In this document: in pieces, positions 51,068-64,000 of the stretch | Layout of the letters: every line of letters begins with the position of its first letter | Numbering within the stretch: the first letter of the stretch is position 1 | DNA from: Eledone cirrhosa | Taxonomy: Eukaryota | Reading direction: 5' to 3' | Length of the DNA stretch: 64,000 nt | NCBI GenBank assembly: GCA_964016885.1 | Contig: OZ024740.1 | Span: 204,166,001-204,230,000 of the forward strand | Notes under the pieces: model-generated | Told to the model about the DNA's origin: nothing | What the model saw: the letters and a program-made list of their open reading frames with translations, nothing else | The model's database searches: none | Program-made: the position numbers and the translations under genes

Positions 51068-51203
51068 GTGTTAAATTTAATATTGTTCGACATGAAATAA
51101 AAGGACGTGCAGAGATATTTCATAATGGAAAATGGGGAAGTATTTGTGATGACAATTGGACTGATGCAAATGCTGAGGTCTTCTGCAGAATGCATGGATA
51201 CAG
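51068..51203 (+). CDS. Exon encoding the N-terminal half of a scavenger receptor cysteine-rich (SRCR) domain
   Basis: Acceptor TTTTTATAG|, donor AG|GTAAT. Translation (G)VKFNIVRHEIKGRAEIFHNGKWGSICDDNWTDANAEVFCRMHGY matches the SRCR consensus G-R-x-E-x3-G-x-W-G-x2-C-D-D-x-W...A-x-V-x-C-R-x2-G. No stops. Confidence 0.9.
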
Positions 51204-51289
51204 GTAATATACACTTTTGGTTATAAATATTGATGGACCTCAGTAGATTTTGAGGATGAGTGTTCCAATTGGGCACCACTGTCATCGCA

Positions 51290-51618
51290 GTTTATTTTCT
51301 CTCCAGTTGAATGGACTGTGGAACAAGGTGAAATAAAGTGTCCTGAACGAGGACACAACACTCCCACCCTCTGTTCACTTGTCCAGGAATTGAACTAACG
51401 ACTGGAACAAGGTGAAATAAAGTGTCCTGAACGAGGACACAACACTCCCACCCTCTGTTCACTTGTCCGGGAATTGAACTAACGACTGGAACAACGTGAA
51501 ATAAAATGTCCTGAACGAGGACACAACACTCCCACCCTCTGTTCACTTGTCCAGGAATTGAACTTACCACCTTACGAAACTAAGCTCAGTACGCTGACCA
51601 CTGAACCTTGCGCCTTCA
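51290..51618 (-). mobile_element. SINE family B-like with an internal 84-bp triplication
   Basis: tRNA-like head GAAGGCGCAAGGTTCAGTGGTCAGCG...AGTTCAATTCC on the minus strand. The 84-bp unit (B-box plus central domain) repeats at 51320, 51404 and 51488. Confidence 0.8.
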
Positions 51619-52157
51619 CAACCACCGACGTCAGTACATTAACTTTTAACTTAACCAAATTCATGTCATTGGCCCATGGTCGAACTATTTCCCTTTGTTC
51701 TTTAAATATATTAAGTATGCAAATTATACGTCATTCTTTTACTGATAATAAACAAGAAAGAGGAAAGAATAGAAATAGAAAAAGGATAGAAATGTTTTTG
51801 GTTTTTTTTAAGGAAAGAGACACGCGGCTGAGTTGCGTCACGTGAACAAGATGGTGAAAGCAATGCTGCGGAAAACAATCAGAGATACTCGTTGAATCAG
51901 CCATTGCACATCAATATACTCCTTCCTCAAGCAAGATACTCTCCTTTTGATTTTGCAAGGGACTGAGAATACCAGAGATCTCGATGGAAACTGGCACCAA
52001 AAGAATCAGTTGTTCAGATCCTGGCATTTTGTTATCCTCCGCTCTTCTGAGTTATATGCCTGGACTTGTGATCGAGGCAATGTAATATACGATATGTAAC
52101 AATCTTTGGCAACTGATCAAATAGGCTTGTATACACCATACGACACTGATGAGGGAT

Positions 52158-52508
52158 AATGATTCAAAAAATGTCCCTAATTGTCCCTTGTTTTCAAATA
52201 AAAATCAGACTTGCCTCTAAAAATGAATATATATGAATATATATATATAATAAGCTAAGGAAAGTAATATATCTGCGGGCCTTTGGTATAGATTTGGATA
52301 AATAGTTTAAGAGGGGATGTAGTAAATAGCGTAGGCAAACAATTCTTCATTAAAACGTTTTCTCTCAGAGAAAGGAAATAAAATCCTAGCGGAAATTGTT
52401 CGAGATAATCTAAAAAAATTAGGCTCTGAATATTAATTTTCATTTTTAGAGGCAAGTCTGATTTTTATTTGAAAACAAAGGACAATTAGGGACATTTTTC
52501 GAATCATT
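52158..52508. mobile_element. MITE/foldback element with ~70-bp terminal inverted repeats
   Basis: 52158-52227 (AATGATTCAAAAAATGTCCCTAATTGTCC...GACTTGCCTCTAAAAATGAA) is the near-perfect reverse complement of 52439-52508. Confidence 0.88.
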
Positions 52509-52777
52509 TGTTCTATCCTTTTTCTATTTCTATTATTTCCTCTTTTCTTGTTTATTATCACTAAATGTCAACATGAATGGACCTGTTATTTTTATCTAAA
52601 GACATTTTGCCCAATTCCAACCCGCTCGACTCCTCAATCTATTTTATTTCTCATTCTTTCTTCTGGCGAAACGTTAAGACCCTCTTCCAGCTATATCAAG
52701 CATTAACCTAATATATACCTTCCATATACTGTACCGATTGTGTTGTTATTTCTGTTTACCTTTTACATACATATATA

Positions 52778-53728
52778 TATATGCAAAAGAAACCAAAGAA
52801 CGCTTACATACTCAAACAGTCTTTATTTACTTACAATGTTTCATCCTCACCTTTTGGCAGGAATCCTCAGAGCCTAATAAATACAGTGTTGAGTATAAGC
52901 TCCACAAAAACCTAGTCACACGAACAATCAGAATAAAGATAGGGAGATTGGAGATGGCGAACAAAGAGGTGCATGCTGGGGTTGTTAAGCACCGCTGCTA
53001 AATGCCAGGGCATAAGCGGATTCAACAAGATGCAGATATAATAGATGGCACACAAAAACAAAGAATGCAAAAGCATAAAAAAATACATAAAAAATACAGA
53101 CAATGGTTAAAACATAATATAAATTATAATAAAGTAATAAAAAATATAAAAATAATAAAAATAATAAAATAAAATAAAGTAAAATAATTTTTAAAATATA
53201 ATAAAAATAATAAAATAATAATAAAATAATAAAAGATAATAAAAATAATAAAATAATATAATAAAATTAAAAATTAAAAAAATTTAAAAGATTTAAAATA
53301 TTAAGAAATTAAAAAAGTAAATAAATTTTTAAAAAAATTTTTCTTTAAAAAATAAAAAATAAAAATGTTTTCCTAAGAGAAATTCTTTTAAAAAAGAAAT
53401 AAATGCAGAAAGAAGAAAAAAGTGATAAACACATAGAGAAGCCAAAAGAGTACAAGCGCTGGTCCCTAGTAACACGAGTGAGTAGGATCTCGGTAACTTA
53501 TATATAAGCGTTAAGATGTCTTTTTGGTACATCCCGAAAGACCACAGTAATCCGAATCACCACCATGATATACATACACAAGGTATATTGGTAGGTACCC
53601 GAACTAGGTAGCCAATGGGTGCTCACAAGCATATAGGAAGGTATCACAAAAGCACCAGCCTTACACAAGTAAAATATGGTTATTATATGGTAGGGCTGAG
53701 TAAAACAAGTAAATAGACAGTCACGGCA
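52778..53728 (-). repeat. Left arm of a ~0.95-kb inverted repeat (probable Penelope 3' end/pseudo-LTR)
   Basis: Reverse complement of 58263-59444 once the SINE there is removed. Mirrored ORF pairs: 53329-53532 with 58459-58665, and 52912-53103 with 59120-59311. Confidence 0.9.
52802..52900 (-). ncRNA. Type I hammerhead ribozyme
   Basis: Minus strand GCUUAUACUCAACACUGUAUUUAUUAGGCU-CUGAGGA-UUCCUGCCAAAAGGUGAGGAU-GAAAC-AUU-GUA-AGUAAAUAAAGACUGUUUGAGUAUGUAAGC. Has the core CUGANGA/GAAA/GUA, stem II UCCU..AGGA, a minimal stem III, and a long imperfect stem I formed by the flanks. Confidence 0.82.
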
Positions 53729-54623
53729 TAAAAGCAAGCTATGCACAAGTAGATCGGGGTTATTGTAAGATAGAGCTGAAGCTATCTTATTATATTAGTT
53801 GCTGTAAAACCAACCGGCAAAGTTATTACTCATGCATATTAGCAACACAGGCTAGACCAATTGGTTGCATATTTCCCAAATTTCTACGGGTGAAACAGAA
53901 ATGGGATTGTAAATAGAAAACCAATCTTTCTAAAAAACACATATGAATCAATCAAAATTACAAAGTAGTAGGATATTAATTAAACGTAACAATCACATCC
54001 ACACCCATGAAATTACATGCTGGATTTATACAACAAATAACCACTCTATGTAAAAAAATCAGAGGCCGTATATTAAAAATTGTTCAAGAATCAGTTCCAG
54101 ATTCAATTCAAACCAAGTCTCCACACACCATCTGGTCCCGAACATGTCAATACAATTTCTGGCAACAGCGGCAGCGATCCACGTGGCTAACCAGTCTATA
54201 CAAAACAGAAAAGAAAACAACTGAAGTGCCCAAGTCATTAAATCCGCCAAATACCTTAGCATGCCTGCTAGGTAGGGTCAAACCCAATTATATATTCAGA
54301 GATTAGAGGGAATAAAAATACAAATAAAAATACAGCCTACGTACCGCATAAATTAATTTTGGCTCAAAATAACATGTTACTTTATTTAGCGCCACTAAGC
54401 TTATAGAGAGGTACATCAGTTGATGACGTTTTAGTTGTCAAAAAATGACGCGGGGTAATTGTGGTAAACAAAAGGGGGATAAATCTAATTTGTCATCTAA
54501 TAGGTTATTAATTCGGACTATGACCAAATAAACAGAAATTCTAAAAAAACTATAATGCAATTAAGTATTATTGGACCTGCAGCATTATCGAGTGTAATAC
54601 ACTAAATATCATTAAGTTCGGTT

Positions 54624-55885
54624 ACCACACTCCACCACACCACGCCACACCCCACCACACCAAACCACACCACACCACACCACATCAACCCCACCACACT
54701 ACACCACACTACACCCCACTACACTTCAATACATCACACTACACCACACTACATCATACTACACTACACTACACCCCACTACACTAAAATACGGGACACC
54801 ACCCCACACTAGTCAACACCACACTAAACTCCACTACATCACACTACACCATACCACATTACATTCAACTATAACACATGACACGACACCACACCACACT
54901 ACGCCAAACCACTCCACAATACACCAAACCACAATACACCACGCCACACTACACTACACATTCAACTACACCACACGACACCGCACGACACCACACTACA
55001 CCTTACCACTCCGCGATGCACCATACCACTGTACACCACACCACACTACACCACACCACAGCGCGCCATACCACACACTGCTACATCAGACTATACTACA
55101 CCACAGTACACCACACAGCACCACACCATACCACAGTACACCACACTACAACACATTAAAACACACCACACCACACCACTCGATACCTCACTACACCAAT
55201 TTACACTACAATATACTACACCGCACCACACTACACATCATCCCCTCACACCACACTACACTACATCACACCACATCATACTACAATATACCACACTACG
55301 CTGCACTACATTACTCCACACTAAACCACACCACACCTCATCGCCACACACCACACTACGCCTAATCACTCCACAACACACCAAACCACAATACACCACA
55401 CATTCAACTACACTACACGATACCGCACCGCACTGCACTACACCTTACCACTCTGCGATGCACCATACCACTGTACACCACACTACACCACAGCACACCA
55501 CACCACACCACATCGCACCATACCACACACTGCTACATCAGACTATACTATACCACAGTACACCACACAGCACCACACCATACAGTACACCACACTACAA
55601 CACATTAAAACACACCACACCACTCAATACCTCACTACACCGCATTACACTACAATATACTACACCACACCACATTGCACCTCATCCCCTCACACCACAC
55701 TACACTACATCACACCACATCACACTACAATACGCTGCACTACATTACTCCACACCATACCACACCACACCACACCTCATCACCTCCCACCACACCACAC
55801 TACAACACACCGCAACCACACCACATCACAACACACCAAACTACTCAATACCACACCACAGCAGACTACACCATTCTATACCCCA
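54624..55885. repeat. Degenerate pentanucleotide (CACCA/CACTA/TACCA)n low-complexity tract with a ~440-bp internal duplication
   Basis: Directly visible. CCTTACCACTCYGCGATGCACCATACCACTGTACACCA occurs at ~55001 and ~55443. Confidence 0.92.
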
Positions 55886-56734
55886 ACAATGTCAATAGAG
55901 TTTAACAGCGGTATTGCATAGGGAGGAGTGATTCATCAGCAGAACTAAGTAATAGGCTTATAGTGGTGAAAGGAATTAAGGTTCATATGAATACAAGAAG
56001 AGAATATCTCCGATTTCCTATTTAGCAAGTTATAGTTAGAGTAAATTATGGCGTGAGACTCAAGCAGGCAAAGGTTACAAGTTTTGCTCGGGGGGCGGTA
56101 AGGTGGATATTTAGTTACCAACCTCCAAATGAGTCTATAATCTATACTATCATTTTTTAAATATATTTAGCTAGGGAGGTAGCATTCTTAAGCCTATTAT
56201 AACTAAATGTATAATTGTGGGAGTTGTATCTAGTTTTAAAAGCTGTAGAAGTAGAGCCCACATATGTCTTAGTAGAGGTTGTTGTTACAACATCACACGC
56301 ATAAACAATATTCTTCATGAGGCAATTGCCTTTTAAAGGGCAATTTTCACTCCTTCTACAATTACAATTACGGTGTGTGTGTTGTTATTCATATGGCCGG
56401 TTGTTAAAACCCTCTTGACATGGGATGTGTTCATCCGAGGTGCTGTTAGCGAGCTGTGGTGCCACACTAGCCAATGTGTTAGGTTGTTGTTGGTTATTCA
56501 CAGATTTAATATCCTCAAATCCTACTCTAATTTTCCCATTATTAGTACGTGCCAGGTGGTAAGCCAGATTCGGTGTAGTGGAGTACGATAATTTAATCGT
56601 ATTTTTATTGAATATACTATGGTATCTACTGCCCGGCGGGAAATTCTTTTCTAGGATTAAGAAGGTTTGGGGAATATTAGTTAAGACCTCAGAGTTTTAT
56701 GGTGGGTTAAAAAAGGTGTTCATTTTTCTTATAT

Positions 56735-57018
56735 TTTTTCCTATTTTTTCTATTTTTTTCTTTTTTTTCTATTTTTTTCTATTTTTTTCTATTTTTTTCT
56801 ATTTTTTTCTATTTTTTTCTATTTTTTTCTATTTTTTTCTATTTTTTTTCTATTTTTTTTCTATTTTTTTCTATTTTTTTCTATTTTTTCTATTTTTTTC
56901 TATTTTTTTCTATTTTTTTCTATTTTTTTCTATTTTTTTCTATTTTTTTCTATTTTTTTCTATTTTTTTCTATTTTTTTCTATTTTTTTCTATTTTTTTC
57001 TATTTTTTTCTATTTTTC
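56735..57018. repeat. (TATTTTTTTC)n 10-bp tandem repeat inside the Penelope B ORF
   Basis: Directly visible; sits at the Lys/Arg-rich linker just before FNPP. Confidence 0.95.
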
Positions 57019-57456
57019 CCCACTACAGTACAGAACTACTACTCTCCCCTTCGCCGACGAAACCAGACCCACTACATACCTGCCGTGAAACTCTCCCATT
57101 ATATTGGTCAATACGCCCACCTGAAACTCCACCATGTGTACAGTTTCTAGATCTCGACACACCTCCATTAGTGTAACCAGTAGGTGTATATTAGGGCCAG
57201 TCTGTCTGGCCCGGGCTGAATTATTCACCATATGGGTCTTATCTAGAGTTCTATTACTATTAGCATTATAATTCAAGGACATATTGTGCGTAATAACATT
57301 ATTATGTCTAGCTTTGGTGGATTGGGAGCTAGTAGGTACGTAATATAGTTTATTCTTATAGCCAGACTTGGCTAGTGCCTCGTTATAATAATCCACATTA
57401 GAGTTGAAATTGCCCTCCCCACATGATAAACGGCTGATCCTATTAGATACTCCTTT

Positions 57457-57645
57457 AATAATTGTTTCTACTATTAGCACAAGGCCAGCAATTACCCAGG
57501 GCATTACTGGTACTTTATTTTATCGACCCCGTAAGGATGAAAGGCAAAGTTAACATCGACGGGATTTGAACTCATAATGGCAAGGGCCGTAACTCTATGC
57601 CTCAAAGCATGCCGTCCGACCCTCTATCGGTACTGCCAATTCACC
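57457..57645 (-). mobile_element. SINE family A inserted into the Penelope B RT
   Basis: Splits the coding sequence between SNHPK and IKGVSNRISRLS. Confidence 0.88.
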
Positions 57646-58792
57646 TCAGTACCTATTTAGGGTGGTTGGATCTAGCATGTAAATAAGTTAGTCTCTCATT
57701 AGGTTTATGATAAGGTGTGAAAGTCTTATTTTCTAGGTCTAGTGTTGCATCCAAGAAATTTACTGTTTTATTATTCTTATCAATAGTAATACTAAGGTTA
57801 AAACCTTTAAAGAATTTGCGCAGGTCCTTATTTGTCATTTCAATACTAAATTTTTTATGCTCAAGGGTAAGGCGGGCGTCGTGTCGGTATAAACCACCAC
57901 AAAGATATGGAAGTGCCTTATGCAGCTCATGGAGTAGGTAAAGTCCGACTAAATCACTTACCTGAGCAGAGTCTCCAGATCCCATTGTGATATCAAAGTT
58001 GTTGGTTGTGTTTTTCCTAGTCCATAATTGTTCCTCAAATAAGATTAAGGTTTTACGTGCGGTTAAAACTATATCAACTTGGGATCTGGTTAGATCACTA
58101 TTCTGCATGGCCATGATGAGGGCCTTATTCAAAAGGATGGGAGATATAGACGTGTAGTAAGAATCGATATCAAACTGGACAAACATAAGGATTTATGGTT
58201 ACTAATGCTGGAGAACCATTTGATTACTTCCTCCGTATTCCCCCACAAATTAAGGTAAATTTTGCCGTGACTGTCTATTTACTTGTTTTACTCAGCCCTA
58301 CCATATAATAACTATATTTTACTTGTGTAAGGCTGGTGCTTTTGTGATACCTTCCTATATGCTTGTGAGCACCCATTGGCTGCCTAGTTCGGGTACCTAC
58401 CAATATACCTTGTGTATGTATATCATGGTGGTGATTCGGATTACTGTGGTCTTTCGGGATGTACCAAAAAGACCTCTTAACGCTTATATATAAGTTACCA
58501 AGATCCTACTCACTCGTGTTACTAGGGACCAGCGCTTGTACTCTTTTGGCTTCTCTATGTGTTTATAACTTTTTTCTTCTTTCTGCATTTATTTCTTTTT
58601 TAAAAGAATTTCTCTTAGGAAAAATTTTTTATTTTTTATTTTTTAAAGAAAAATTTTTTTTTTAAATTTATTTACTTTTTTAATTTCTTAATTTTTTAAT
58701 TTTTTAAATCTTTTAAATTTTTTTAATTTTTTATTTTATTATATTATTATATTATTTTATTATCTTATCTTTTATTATTTTATTATTATTTT

Positions 58793-58980
58793 AAGGGCGG
58801 TGGATTGGCAGAGTTGGTAGAGGGTTGGACATGCTTTCCAGCATAGTTACGTCCCTTTACGATCTGAGTTCAAATCCCGCCAAGGTTAACTTTGCTTTTC
58901 ATCCTTACGAGGTCGATAAAATAAAGTACCAGTAATGTACTGGGTATTTTCTGGCCTTGTGCCGAAAGTAGAAACAATTA
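58793..58980 (+). mobile_element. SINE family A with target-site duplication
   Basis: Full head to tail. Flanked by TTTTATTATTATTTT at 58778-58792 and 58981-58995. Absent from the left arm. Confidence 0.9.
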
Positions 58981-59321
58981 TTTTATTATTATTTTTCATT
59001 ATATTTTTTTTATTATTTTACTTTATTTTATTTTATTATTTTTATTATTTTTATTATTTTTATATTTTTTATTACTTTATTATAATTTATATTATGTTTT
59101 AACCATTGTCTGTATTTTTATGTATTTGTTTATGCTTTTGTATTTTTTGCTTTTGCATTCTTTGTTTTTGTGTGCCATCTATTATATCTGCATCTTGTTG
59201 AATCCGCTTATGCCCTGGCATTTAGCAGCGGTGCTTAACAACCCCAGCATGCACCTCTTTGTTCGCCATCTCCAATCTCCCTATTTTTATTCTGATTGTT
59301 CGTGTAACTAGATTTTGTGAA

Positions 59322-59420
59322 GCTTATACTCAACACTGTATTTATTAGGCTCTGAGGATTCCTGCCAAAAGGTGAGGATGAAACATTGTATGTAAATAAA
59401 GACTGTTTGAGTATGTAAGC
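59322..59420 (+). ncRNA. Type I hammerhead ribozyme, second copy
   Basis: CTGAGGA 59352-59358, GAAAC 59380-59384, GTA 59388-59390. Same fold as 52802-52900, but the base after the cleavage triplet is T instead of A. Confidence 0.78.
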
Positions 59421-59538
59421 GTTCTTTGGTTTCTTTTGCATATAACGGCTCTGTTCTTGTACGTTGAGCTAACACAATACTGCGATAATACAGTACGGTG
59501 CGTGCGTGTTTTTTCACATACGCTCCGTGCTATACGTA

Positions 59539-64000
<4,462 letters not shown>

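Larger units (their letters stand above)
55945..58262 (-). mobile_element. Penelope-like element B (Naiad-like RT + C-terminal GIY-YIG), 5'-truncated and disrupted
   Basis: FVQFDIDSYYTSI, FDITMGSGDSAQVSDLVGLYLL, GGLYRHD (canonical GLYRDD), VNFLDATLDL, YHKPN, SNHP, FNPP, CNCRRSENCPLKGNCL, IVY..YVGST..FKTRYNSH, CNLCLLE..LLNRKSE..C.H, stop at 55945. The Naiad assignment rests on recalled motif architecture. Confidence 0.85.
58263..59444 (+). repeat. Right arm of the inverted repeat (inverted pseudo-LTR) fused to the 5' truncation point of Penelope B
   Basis: Begins TGCCGTGACTGTCTATTT, the reverse complement of 53711-53728, exactly where Penelope RT homology stops. Confidence 0.9.

Noticed and set aside
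54878-55905. His/Thr-rich protein ORFs
   Set aside because: These are translations of a G-poor pentamer repeat, open in several frames only because of composition.
54540-56380. Selenoprotein-type Naiad (UGA-Sec plus SECIS)
   Set aside because: The conserved Cys positions read (CNC, CPL, NCL, CNLC, C.H) are all TGT/TGC. Downstream ATGA motifs lack a proper SECIS helix and apical AA.

Overview
Eukaryotic (animal) genomic DNA, most likely a coleoid cephalopod such as Octopus; that is inferred from the SINE families and is not proven. Bases 1-~32.5 kb are an 88-bp satellite array of about 370 monomers with nested higher-order duplications and a degenerate right edge. The rest is a dense retroelement field: three Tx1/L1-clade LINEs (one near full length with an internal inversion plus deletion), 3' fragments of R4/Dong-like, RTE and CRE-like elements, two Penelope-like elements, about 10 tRNA-derived SINEs (two internally expanded into tandem repeats), two MITEs and many microsatellites. 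Three small + strand exons (49274/49307-49313, 49395-49448, 51068-51203), absent from the ORF track, splice in phase into a signal peptide plus the start of an SRCR domain. Most notable: (i) a Naiad-like Penelope element framed by a ~0.95-kb inverted repeat, each arm carrying a type I hammerhead ribozyme, with the copy sense to the host gene mutated next to its cleavage site; (ii) Tx1-like LINEs with 5'-splice-site (U1-complementary) hexamers overlapping both the ORF1 and ORF2 stop codons in two divergent subfamilies, plus an unassigned conserved ORF1 C-terminal domain; (iii) a SINE whose 3' tail matches the Tx1-like LINE tail, a candidate partner pair. All calls were made by eye; element boundaries are approximate.
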